A stretch of 64,000 nucleotides of DNA from contig CM068748.1 of the NCBI GenBank assembly GCA_035084275.1, positions 5,704,001 through 5,768,000 of the forward strand, written 5' to 3'. The position numbers and the translations under genes were made by a program. The notes below the pieces were generated by a model. That model was given only the letters and a program-made list of their open reading frames with translations. It was not told the origin of the DNA and made no database searches. Origin of the DNA: Hydrolagus colliei. Lineage: Eukaryota. Position 1 is the first letter of the stretch; every line of letters begins with the position of its first letter. Shown one piece after another: positions 51,262 through 62,836 of the stretch.

Positions 51262-51462
51262 TTCTAATAATCCCTCAAAAAAAACGATGATAAATTGGTT
51301 ACTTTAGTCCACAACTGTTTGTGGGACAATGCTGTGCTCAATTGGCTGACGAATTTCTCCCACAAATATACAGTCAATTCACTTTACACTATATTCTGTG
51401 AAGCGCTTTGAGATGTTTAGAAGATGTGAAAAGTGCTATATTAAATGCAAGGATTAGTATTC
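51262..51462 (+). mobile_element. SINE body and tail (no head)
   Basis: Colinear with the reverse complement of 17510-17720. Confidence 0.8.
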
Positions 51463-51467
51463 TTATA

Positions 51468-52002
51468 TTTGGGGGATTTGTTGGCCAGGATACTGGGGAC
51501 TTTGGTTTAATGTCTCATCCAGCAACTCCCAACAATGCAACACACCTTCAGCAGTGCAATGGAGTGTAGTTTAGACAATGTAATTCCAAATCTTGATGTG
51601 GGGCTTGAACTCACAACTTTCTTTCGGACCTACTCTCCCCCTACAAGCCCACCCGGACCCTCCACCATCGAAGGCCGGGCCTTCAGTTTTTCCGCTCCCA
51701 CCCTTTGGAACTCCATCCCCCAATCCCTCCGCCTTGTTTCCTCCCTTTCCTCTTTCAAGGCCGGTTTGAAGACTTTCCTTTTCGACCATGCCTTCTGTTC
51801 CCCCCTAATTCTTCGACCTCCCCTACGTTTCTTACCCCCTCCCGAATACTCCCCTCCCAGCTCGGGTCACACGCCTCCTGTGCAGAGCCTTGGGACGTCC
51901 TCCCAACGTGAAAGGCACTCTATAAGTGCAAGTAGTTGTTGTTGTTGTGTCTGACTTAGAATCAAATGTGCTACCACTTTGTCTGGCTGACACACAAGTT
52001 GA
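51468..52002 (-). mobile_element. Deu-type SINE interrupted by an L2 fragment
   Basis: Deu-like block at 51468-51620; the head resumes at about 51950 (tctgacttaga...ggctgacacacaagt) and matches the head at 20835-20884. Confidence 0.7.
51621..51948 (+). mobile_element. L2 3' end, same subfamily as 5314-5822, with an internal deletion of about 45 bp
   Basis: Highly similar to 5460-5822; (GTT)n tail. Confidence 0.88.
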
Positions 52003-53157
52003 ACAACTTTCTATGTGGAACAACAATCTAACTACCCCTCTTTTTCTTCTCCTGATAATTTTTAATTGATGCTCCATTGTTAATTGTTGCTAATCAGAAA
52101 AATTTGACTCTTGATTTATCCTATCAATACCACTCAGAATTTTGAAAAGCTCCATCTGATCCCCTTTAACTTGCTCTGTTGTAGTAAAAAAAATCCCAAT
52201 ATTTAAAAGCTTTTGGCCTTTTTGGAAACACCTCATGCTTAGTTATTAATTGGCTTGGGGGGCACTATAAAAGTGCAAATTGTTGTTTTTCTAGATGCTT
52301 CAGTTGGGTGTTCCATATACACATATTTTTCCTTTCTTCAACATTTGCATTGGTCTTCTTCATGCCATCCACCCCCACCCCCCATCCCCATCCACTCCCC
52401 AGTTCTGGTGCCCCTTTGTGGATGTGCCTTCAGCCAATCTTCCATCGTACTGAATTTGCTGCAAGACCTAACTTTTAGTCTGGGTATTTTCGCCTTCTGT
52501 TTAAACTGTTCATTTTCAAAGATAAGCATGCTGGGCATTTCTGTCTTAAATACCAGGGTGTGAATTTCAAAAATTGGATAGAGTACAAGCAGAACTAATA
52601 TCATCATGTTACAATGTTAACTTCTAAAAGTAGGTGGTATTTTTAGGAACATTACATGAATTTTGCAAGACTAACCTTTCTATTCTTGAATTATGTTTAT
52701 GAGACAATATGGCGTTGATGGCATAACACACATTCCCTCTATAGTTCCTCCCATTTGACAGCTGGAATAGGGGGAAAAACTGTCACATTACTGTCGCAGA
52801 AACACTGCTGCTGAGGGAAAATATTGACAGGAATATTAGTAAGAATAATATCTTTTTTTAAAAAGCCTGTGCTGAATCTACTTCAAAAATATCATGTAGA
52901 ATATTGATGCACACTAGTGATGTCGGTTTTCCACTGTTGATGTACAATAATAGAGTAATAATTGTTTCTTTCCAGAGATTTTGATAGTTTTGATAGGATA
53001 TTATGTTTTACGACGTTTGTAGGAGGATTAGTTTATTCATTCTCACTTACATTTTTATTACTCAGGTGAATGCGAATGTGCTATGAGGAGGGAAAGAGGA
53101 GTAAATATTGATTAGTTAGATCCACTTATTTTAATATAACAGAGACCACTATAAAGT

Positions 53158-53545
53158 TTCAGCCTGGTTTTGTTGGTAGCACTTTTAGTCAGAAGGTTGT
53201 GGATTTGGATTTTAACATTCTAGTCCAATGCTGGGGGAGTGCTACATTGTCAGAGATCATGTCCGTTGGACGAGGTGTTTAACCCAAGGTCTGTTTGTCT
53301 ATTCAGATAGACATCAAAGATCCCATAAGCCTATTTTAATATAGAAGGGAGTTTTGCCTAGAGTCCTGGTCAGAAATCTATGCAATAAAATTGGTCCTTT
53401 TCTTCAAAATTGTGAAATTTTGCTGTGCACAAATTGACTGCCACATTTACCTACAGGATGCACAATCACTTCACTTTACAGTAAATCCTTCGCTTTGACA
53501 AGTCTTCCCGATGTGAATGGTGCAATACCAAATCAAATGATTATC
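53158..53545 (+). mobile_element. Degenerate Deu-domain SINE
   Basis: ggtagcact...agtcagaaggttgtgg head, Deu block (gggagtgctacattgtcagag...aaagatcccat...) and the shared tail. Confidence 0.7.
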
Positions 53546-53815
53546 TTTGCTAACACACAAAATTACTTTTTTTTTAATTAAGTTTAGATCACTTTGAATA
53601 GTAGAAAGTAGTAGAATTTAAAACAATGATATGCAGCAAATAGAATCCCAACTTTAATATGGTACAACAATTAATTTAAATAACTCTTTTCAAATCTGGA
53701 ATTTTGTTGGAAAGTGTAGTGACTGTATATTTTGTAAAGATTGTAATGTATTTTGTAGAGATTGCATAAGCAATGAATAAGCCACTGCAGAAGTTAGAGC
53801 AAGGAAACCATTACA

Positions 53816-54205
53816 GGAAGTTCTGTAGTGTAGTAGTTAGCACACTCGTCTCTCAAGTGAGAGGACTTGGGTTCGATTCCTGCACAAGACGAAATGTTAG
53901 GCAAGGTTCCTTATTTTACACATCTCTGTTTACCTCGCAGTCAGTAGAAACACAGTTGTTAGTTGATTGGCAGGTCACTTTTCCAGGGATAATAATCCCT
54001 TCACAAGATAAATATACATAAATAATAATTTGCTCATTCAATCCACAATTGTTTGGTGGGACACTACTGTGCACAATTGGCAACACGTTTCGCCCACAAA
54101 GTATGCAGCCAATTCACTTTACTCTGTGAAGTGCTTTGATCCATCTAGAAACTGTGGTTAGGCACTATATCAAATGTAAGGATTATTGATATTATTAATA
54201 TTATT
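53816..54205 (+). mobile_element. Full-length tRNA-headed SINE (long variant)
   Basis: B box gggttcgattcc at about 53869-53880; extra central block shared with 5970-6035; hairpin tail and (ATT)n. Confidence 0.85.
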
Positions 54206-54530
54206 AATCCTAAAGATTTTTTTGTCTGCTATATATCATTTTGTATAATTGATGCTATGAAGGTTACTCCAGTTTAGGGTTGAGGGCATTTTATTTCCAC
54301 ATAGTGCATTATCCCAAGTGTACAAAAGCTGCAGCAAATTGTGTGTAGTTTGTGGCATTCTGCAGAGATCCACATAAAGGTTGGCCTTCCATCTCCTCTT
54401 GTTTGTTGAAACTCTTGTAGATTGCTTTCTCACTGGCACTAAATATTTGTCTTTGCAGCTGAGCAATTGTGAAGGGATCTTTATGTGAATAGCCACTCTG
54501 TCTGTAAAGAAAGTGATCTCTGTTTTACAG

Positions 54531-54599
54531 GCAGAAAATGATGAGAAGTCAGTTATCTATGACAACATGGGACCAAATGTTTGCATGGGGGACCACAAG
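54531..54599 (+). CDS. INPP5A: INPP5A coding exon (69 nt), AENDEKSVIYDNMGPNVCMGDHK
   Basis: ttttacag| and |gtaaag; carries the GDHK part of the GDHKPV motif. Confidence 0.95.
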
Positions 54600-56047
54600 G
54601 TAAAGAGTACTTTGTTGTTAAATTCAACAGTTTTTTGAATGCATTGAATGCTATTGTCTCTTTTTACTGGTAACATTACTGTATGGCATGTGGTGTAAAC
54701 TATTTTGGTTTCATCCATGATTTGTTCACCAAACGATATACACCTAAAGAATTCAAGATGTTGTTTATTTCGATGTTTTTCACTGAATAACTATAGAACT
54801 AAATTGAAATGATTGCTTGGAAGGCCCTTCAATAGGCACTGCTTTCCTGAAAATGGGGGTATACTGTCGACAGGGGTTCATAGTGAAAGATATGCGGAAT
54901 TTAAGAAGCAACAATAATCCCTATATCAGTTGTTTGAATAATTGGTGACAAAAAAATAATTTAGGTACAAGTATGTTTTGGATGCATTTTACAGATAGGT
55001 ATATTGAGTTCACATACAAATAAGACAAGTTGGAATATTGAATAAGTCTTGGCCCTACCTCTTTTAAACAAAGACAATAGCAAGATATGGATACCTGTTA
55101 ATGGAATCTTTTAGCAAATTTTTCTATAACTTTTGTTGAAAGACAGCCACCTGAATTACAGTGTGCCACAATAGAGCAGATATCTTTGCTCATAAAAAGG
55201 AATATAAAAATGACATGTAAATTTAATATATTTCCAACTGTGTACCAATATTTGAGATATTTATAGTAAAGACACTCTGTAAATGTAATGGTGTTGTTAT
55301 TGTTGTGATGCATTTTACTTAAATTAATCTTTATATTTTCTACATTTCATGTTAAAATAAAACTGTTATGCCCATCTCTGCATGTTTGTTTAGTATTTAG
55401 TGTTTATATTAATTTTATAAATATATGTCACCTGACTCAAACCATTGGATGAAACTGAGGTGTTACATTTGAAAGATTGGAGAAACTAGCATTTATAGCT
55501 CAATTATTGATCAGTGTTATCTGCCCACCTGGTAATTGGTAGCTTCTATGGCGAAGTCTGCAGCCACACAATTTTGCTTTCCTGTGCAGAACTAATGCAT
55601 TTGTAGTGAACAGCCACAAGGGGGGAAAATAGGAAAAAGTGAGTGAAAAAAACATCTTTAAGGGTTGTGCTGACAGATTTACAACTCTAAATATCAATAA
55701 ATATATAATATCCAACAAATTTATGTCAATACATACTTGTTCAGTACTGTTTTGGTAGTTATAAATGTGCGACATTTAGTTTGTGGACTAACGTTGGAAC
55801 TAAGTTCTAATGTCCCATTAACAAGATATGATGAACAGCAAAACCAAAATGTTCATGTGAGAACAACTTCTCCTAACTACTGTTTTGCACATTTTGAAAT
55901 GACAAGCATTTCAACCCATCATACAGGTTTGTTTAAATTGATTAAGAAGTAGTGTCAGTAAAAGATGCATGTGAAATTACTTTGTAGAATAGATCTTGTA
56001 TTTTAATAGTTATCACTGACCCAGCAATGTGTTTTATTTTTGTACAG

Positions 56048-56128
56048 CCTGTCTTCCTGTTCTTTCGAATAGCTGCTGGGGCAGGTAAACCTAATGCAAA
56101 TATGCGCAACTGTTGTGTGGTGCAGTGA
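56048..56128 (+). CDS. INPP5A: INPP5A last coding exon, PVFLFFRIAAGAGKPNANMRNCCVVQ* (CAAX box CVVQ)
   Basis: tgtacag| acceptor; TGA at 56126-56128; C-terminal CCVVQ as in mammalian INPP5A, whose CVVQ is farnesylated. The exon probably continues 7 nt to a gtaaat donor after 56135. Confidence 0.95.
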   Translation, partial: PVFLFFRIAAGAGKPNANMRNCCVVQ

Positions 56129-56274
56129 TGTGGTGGTAAATATTAATGTTTTCTTTTCTTTTACTATTCACCCATGTTCTTTTCAGTATTTAATTGACAT
56201 GTTAACACTCTTATATTTTTGTTAGTTTTATTACCTAACATGCTGTGTTGAATATTTTTGTGTGACAATCACAG

Positions 56275-57860
56275 GCAAAAGATGTCAAAGAAATGAGAAG
56301 ATCTTTCGAGAACCTGCCCTTTAGTCTATTTGAGGCAAGCGAACGAAAGGTGTGGGAGCAGGACAGGAGAACTTGCAAACATCCTTGTAATTCAACTGAT
56401 GTTGATACTGTATTTCTTAGTGCCGCATTTCAGACTGCTCATCATCCATTCTGCTTTGATGTCTGAAGTCTATACAAGACAACCATCTATACAAGACAGC
56501 CACACATACCTCACCATTTCATATGTTCCTGTGACACTTGAATTAAATGTGGGACAATTTTAAAACGTGTCACAGTTTTGTTGCCAAACGCTAAGAGTAG
56601 AATATACTACACATTTTAAATATCTCACATTTATAATTTTAACTGATACAGTGTCCCTATTCAATGTAAGAAACTGTTTCCTTATGTAAAACTCATGAAG
56701 TGCAATGCTGAAATTGTATATCTATACTGTACTAGAGAGTTTTTTGTACATTGGATTGTATAGGAGTGAAATTTCACTTTTAGTGATGGTTTTATTGATA
56801 TTTTCTTTACCTTTAAGATTTTTATTGTATGTCTGTGTTAGGCTAGCTAGGTATTTTCATGTTATATACTACATACTGCCACATTTTATCCGATTTCGAA
56901 TCACAAATTAGCTGCTCTCTTCATTTTTATATCTACTTAAAACAAACTAATTTATAATATAATCTTTCCAAAGCCCCTAAATGAAATTCCTTTCAGAAGG
57001 ACTGGCTGCTCATGGTCTGACATATCAACTTTTAGTTCCTATACCTAGCTGATTGAATATACAAAACTATATATTTTCTCACCCAAACTATACTATAGAT
57101 AGCTTTGACTGTCATTGTTGATGAAATATCTAATTTACTATAATCACCACACGTGAATAGCAGTCTCTGTCTGTGTTAAGTACTTCTATTGTAACTTATT
57201 CCTATGTGATGCCAAGTTTCAGAATGTGAAGTTTAATAGGATGGATATCTTATAAGATTTTTTTGTAAACTATTTCTGTCTATTTTTGTTACTGCATACA
57301 GTGCCAAGTATCTATGGACACATTATAATGGAGGATATTTCCTTCTGGTATTAGCTTGCTAATTGTGCTTTAATGGATTGTATATAAAGCCCTCAAACCT
57401 GAAGATGCAAATTGCAAATTTGGTAAAAATTGTATCACCTATATTTAATCTCCAGCCAGCGCTAATGTTGCAAATTTTACACGCTGCTTCTTACAGCATT
57501 AAAAGGTGATTAGATCTGAAGATGGAGAACACAGCCAATGCCTAAACGTTTCCTCTATCGATTTAATTTAGTACACTACAAAGTTCACAAGCTACTTGAT
57601 AGCAGTGGATTGATGCGTGTTTTCGTATAAATCACTACGGTTGGAAATGATTTTGTGTCTGCCAGCAGAATTTATGTGGCTGTGACCGTGAGATCATTCT
57701 CGTTTGTAGACAATAAAGAGTAAAACGCCAGTGTGCAGATAAACTGTACCAATGTGCCCAGTATCAAATAGCCGTACACTGTAAACTATTTTATTAAATC
57801 AGAGATTCAACTTATGTGACGTTTATGGGCCATAGAAATAAACTTCTTTGTTTCTCAAAC
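56275..57860 (+). other. INPP5A: INPP5A terminal exon: 3'UTR, and an alternative C-terminal coding segment at 56275-56324
   Basis: Branch-like cctaac at 56234-56239 and acag| acceptor at 56274. Repeat-free AT-rich sequence runs to AATAAA at 57712 and 57837. The 3' end is approximate. Confidence 0.7.
57837..57842 (+). terminator. Candidate INPP5A polyadenylation signal AATAAA (alternative at 57712-57717)
   Basis: Canonical hexamer followed by T/GT-rich sequence at the end of the UTR-like block. Confidence 0.55.
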
Positions 57861-58080
57861 AATTTCAAGAGACTCGAGCAACCTTTTTCCGACCTGTGTC
57901 TGTCTGACTGACTGTCTGATCCTACTTTGAAAACTCTTTAAGCTTCAGTCGAAAACTTTTTGTGTGTGTGTTTTTGGTGGGGAGGGGGGTTTAAAAAAAG
58001 AAGAAAACAAAAGAACATTTTACCCTCGACATGAATCAGCCAGCATTTTTCATCGGCGATCAGAAAATTAGGCAGCCTCA

Positions 58081-58115
58081 CACTCACTCACTCCTCACTC
58101 ACTCACTCACTCACT
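58081..58115. repeat. (TCAC)n microsatellite
   Basis: Directly visible. Confidence 0.85.
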
Positions 58116-58355
58116 GATCTACGTGTTTCAGCGGCTAATAAGTTTGATGGGGGGGAGAAAAGTACAGAGAAATTACTCCAAACTCCACCATCATCCAGTC
58201 AGAAGAAACTCAGTCTCCACAGCCCTAGAAGACACCAGATGACTGACTGACTGACTTGCCAGAGAGTTGCTCAGTGTAGTATCTGTTGCTTGTATTGTTT
58301 GAAGTGCCTTTCAATAAGAATTAAAAATTGTACTGTTTGAACGGGGATATTAATA

Positions 58356-58359
<4 letters not shown>

Positions 58360-58386
<27 letters not shown>
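58360..58386. repeat. (TG)n microsatellite
   Basis: Directly visible. Confidence 0.9.
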
Positions 58387-59843
58387 AGAAGATGTAGCTG
58401 TCGTTTTGCAATCAACGTTATTACCAAAATACTCCCCGCCCCCCAAATGAACTTTTGTTTTATTGTCCACGTCTAATTGATTATATGGTTAGCTGGTTAC
58501 ACTGATTTAAACCCGCATGGACCGTGTTTTAGTACATTCACAAAAAGAGACACCGCGTGAGATTGATTATGCGAATAAGTTGAAGAATAATTTGTTGATT
58601 GCAGTGAATGTCAGCACAAGGTAAACCCACTTTGCTCAGTGGTCGCTGTTTCAAGTTAAGTTCATTGCCTTTTGGTGGGGCCCACCTACTGGCGAGTTCA
58701 TCTTTCTTCAAAATCTAAAGGAAAAACACACACACACACAAATGTAGGACGAGACGATGCCGCTGGGGAACCCCTTGAATTATTCAGTCCTAAAATAACA
58801 GGAAGGTAGGGTGGAGAAATAAAACTTTGCGTTGCCCTTTTAAACACACATCATTTCTTAATAAGGTGTTGTCCAATTCAACTTGGAAAGTGAAGGCGCC
58901 GAAATCATTCGCTGGTAAAAAGGGGGGAGTCAGTGCGACATGTGGGAGAAACTTTTGAGTTGAAGGTGGTGAGTTACCTTACTGTGCAGGCTGCTTATAT
59001 ACAACCTGTCTACACTGCAGCTGTATATAAATAACCACAGGCCAGTGGACACGGTGCTGAGGGCACTTTACTCTGTTGGGTTTCAGGAAAGAAACACAGA
59101 ACCTGTAGCCGGGTGTTTCCATCAGCTGCCATTGGCATTAAACCCCACAGCCCAGTGGTTATCGTTCATCGAAATGTTCTTTTTCCTTCCTTCCTTCATT
59201 TCTTTTCACGAGCTGCTTCAGCTCACATGCTGGATGATTTCTCTTGGTTTGTGTGTGTGTATGTCTGTGTATGTCTGTGTGTGTGAGTGTTACCTTATTG
59301 TTATCGTGGCCATCATCTGATCAAACCTCCCAAATGTTTCTGTTTTGTTTTATTTTTATTGGAATAGACGATATTTCCATCGCATGCGATGGTAGGACGT
59401 GCTCTGAAAACGGTGTTTTGTAACTTTTCATTTCAAAAAACAAAGTTTGGACGCCGGCTGATTGATTCATTTCTATTCGCACAAATGCTTCATTGAAGCC
59501 GCCTGTACTTTCCACGTTGTTGGCAGTATAAATGAATAATATTTTGTTCCGGTGATTAATTGACTACAATCAGAAACAATTTATGGATCTGCTCCCTATT
59601 TGTCGAGATGAAAAAGATAGATCCTTCATCAACAATTAACAAGGCTGATTATTTTCTCTCCATTCATTTGAAATGTCACTGAATACACACATGTCGCGGG
59701 CACTCCATTTAAATATAATATAAAATCCTCGTGTGTGTATATATATATATGTTAAAAAGTTCTTTTAAAATGAATTATTGGAAGAACATAAAAATGAACT
59801 CATATCTACTGTATTACTAAAAAGTCTTAACTCGTTCTGGGAA

Positions 59844-59863
59844 TCTCTCTCTCTCTCTCTCTC
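59844..59863. repeat. (TC)n microsatellite
   Basis: Directly visible. Confidence 0.85.
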
Positions 59864-61729
59864 CTGGGTTGATTTAGCCGTGTCATTGTAACTGGCTTCT
59901 CAGGTCGCAGATATGTGAGGAATGTTTGTCTGGCGAGTAAAACATTGGTTGGTATGTTTTAGAGTGAAATTCTCTGCCACCGTTTGAATCACTCAATGGA
60001 TGTGAATCATTGAATTATCTGGACGCTCTGGACAAACCATAAGTAGATTCATCAAACACAATCAAACCAAACCAGCCATTAAAATATATTGCACACACGT
60101 ATAATATATTATACACAGTGACTGTAGGGCATCGAACCTTTAGACCACACGATAACAAACTGTCGATATTCTTGGGCAGACATTCTGGACCTGGCCAAGG
60201 CACATTGTATCTTCCTAAATTATTTCTTATTGACTGTGTTACAGTATAGTAGCACTAAATCGCTTTGCTTTTAATAACAGATTTAGTCCAACACAAAAAC
60301 GGCCCTAAACATCACGTTTTGAAATTTAATTGTAAGCCTAATTTAAAAAAATCTCAGCTCTACGGTTGCACGCGTATTGGAACTGCTAACATGTCGCTGG
60401 ATTTGGTCTTGGTTGAGGTATTATTATTTTTATTATTATTTAAAAAGCACATTTTAAACCAGTCGATTTGCACACATTTCTTGTTATTTGCGCTGTGTTG
60501 TCCTGCAGAACTCTCCAGTGAAGTTTTCGCTACAATAGGTGATTATTGCACTTCATTTCCAATCGGGAATACACGAGCCGAAACTTCCTTCATCCAAATT
60601 GAACATACCTCCACTTGAACTGGTCTGCTGGTTTTAGTTTAACTTGCTACAGCACCGCAACAAGTGTTCTGTAAAATCAGGTTTATCAATGTCTCGTTAA
60701 TATCCCAATTCGGATTAAATTAATATGAAGAGTAAATATCTTTGCAGTTTTATAATGATCTGATTGGTATCTTTACATACAGTTTATCTTCATTGTAGTG
60801 TAATGACCCGCTTTTTATCAAACTGTTGTAAATTACCGTGGGTAGTTGTGGGGTTGGATTGCTGATAAAGAGAGATCATCTTTCAACAGATTAAAAATCC
60901 AGAGTATCACTGAACCTCCTGTGTTCAAAATCTGGGTACTTGCAAAAACTTGACCGATTCTAAATGTCATATTGTGAAATAATTTATTGGTAATACAAAG
61001 GTCTTCCAATTTTTGTGGACGCAATCATATTTCCTTTAAACCTTCTTCATCAAAATGTCCAGAGATTCTTTGAGGTTTTATTGGCGCTGAACTCAAAACC
61101 TCCTCGAAAGAAATTTACCGTCATCACGGGATGGGATGGCATTGGAAGGTGGGGGGGAGTGGGTGGGGGGGGGGGGGGGGGGGGGGAGGAAGGGGAAGAG
61201 GGTATAATAGTTTTTTTTCTGAGTGTAAATACACCTACACCCCTCCTCCCGCCAAAAAAAACTTTACATTTAAAAATCTTACAACACAAACGTGCATCTC
61301 AAATATGTACAAACAGTTACAGTTTTAATCCGCAAGTTATACAAAAAAAAGGATGACATCTGATTGTTACTCCTTAGTTCATAACACTGAAAATCCTAAA
61401 CGGAGAGAGAGAGAGAGAGAGAAAATAATACTGGATTATGGAAACTGTGTGCGAACGACCTGCTCGTTCAGAAACGTTTCCTCTCTGTGTCAGATTCAAC
61501 CCAAGTTATTTTATACTGTATCATCGAGCTGTAAGATAATTCCATAACTTATTCTGTAAAAAATATATACATCTCACAAACATTCGGCTGTACAACACGT
61601 ATCACTTATTTCTGTGGAACATCGAGTTATTTTTTTAAAAAAATGTTTATACCCTGGTTAATTCAGCCATTGAAGCTCGATAATAATAATAATAATAATT
61701 ATTATAATAATAATAAAGAAAAAAGTTTG

Positions 61730-61984
61730 TCACAAAACGTCCGGGTTGTTACTGTGTGGGTCCAGGATGCTGAGGGAGTTGGTGGATTTGTGCCTTTTCA
61801 GTAATCGTGTGATTTTCTCGTCGTCTGAGTTTGGGTCCAAGGGTCTGTTATATTCATCTTCGTCCTCTTCGTTTTCCGACGTCTCCTTTAGTTTTTCCGT
61901 CTCGGAATCGTGTTTTTTCTTGGCTGTGGCCATTTCAGCCGCGTGTTTCTTCCTCCATTTGGTCCTTCTGTTCTGAAACCACAC
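61730..61984 (-). CDS. NKX6-2: NKX6-2 exon 3: homeodomain helix 3 and C-terminus, [84 protein letters not shown]
   Basis: caacag| acceptor before GTG; WFQNRR motif; NK6-specific [15 protein letters not shown] motif; lies tail-to-tail with INPP5A as NKX6-2 does in human. Confidence 0.93.
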   Translation of the reverse strand: MWFQNRRTKWRKKHAAEMATAKKKHDSETEKLKETSENEEDEDEYNRPLDPNSDDEKITRLLKRHKSTNSLSILDPHSNNPDVL

Positions 61985-62454
61985 CTGTTGCCAAGAGAGA
62001 AAAAAAACGTGTATCGCAAAGTAAGTGTACTGTCTATTGAATATATTTGTCCGGCTGTGATTAACATGGCAGTTCTAACCGCACTGAATGAAACACTGCC
62101 TTCCACCACCAACAACAAATAAAACAACAACAAGCCGGTTCTGCACTGTTGTGATGAAGAATGAGTCGCTGCAAATAAAACCAGGTTTGTGTTTGTCACT
62201 CTCTAACTCTCTGATGTTACAGATGCAAAAAGTAAACCAGGACGATTTCTGGGGTGGGGGTGAGGATGGGGGGGGGATTTATTTTTTTACGTTACAGTCT
62301 CTCAAAGCCCCCCCCCCCCCCCCCCCCCCCCCACACACACACAAACACACCCCATCCCCAAAGCGTTTGAGAGACTATAACATCCGACATATGAATGGTA
62401 ATACATTCCATATATCAAATTAAGGACATCTAATAATATTCATAATATTAACGG

Positions 62455-62525
62455 TGATAATCCTGGCATGTGATATAGCGCCTTATCACGTCTTCCAAGT
62501 CGTCTCACGCCGCTTCTTGTAGGGA
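62455..62525 (-). mobile_element. SINE tail fragment in NKX6-2 intron 2
   Basis: gataatcctggcatgtgatatagcgccttatcacgtcttcc...gtctca. Confidence 0.6.
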
Positions 62526-62836
62526 GAGCATTTCATGGGGCTTTTATACGTATATATATATAAGTATATATTATATATATATATAGTACTCTTTAGGGGA
62601 GAAAATTTAACAAACTCGCTGCAAAGGAACAAATCCCAGCAGTCTACCTGGGGCGCACTATTACATATGAAGGGAAGCAACAGACTTATAACACACAGAT
62701 ATATAACACAAAAGTGTCAAATTAGGAATTTAATATTTCTAGCACCCGAGGGGGGAATATACCTAAACAACAAATATAACCGGGCAGAAGAATGCAAATT
62801 CCGATGCAATACGCGTTCTTAAATTCAAAATAGTTA

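Noticed and set aside
61151-61190. Very long G/C homopolymers (also 62308-62332, 63250-63310, 63900-64000) as G-quadruplex elements
   Set aside because: Run lengths near the gap are unreliable given the indel errors in the adjacent exon, so no structural claim can be supported.
313-61547. Most of the 60-140 aa ORFs in the supplied track
   Set aside because: No recognisable domains; many start at non-ATG codons or overlap repeats. The real INPP5A exons are too short to appear in the track.
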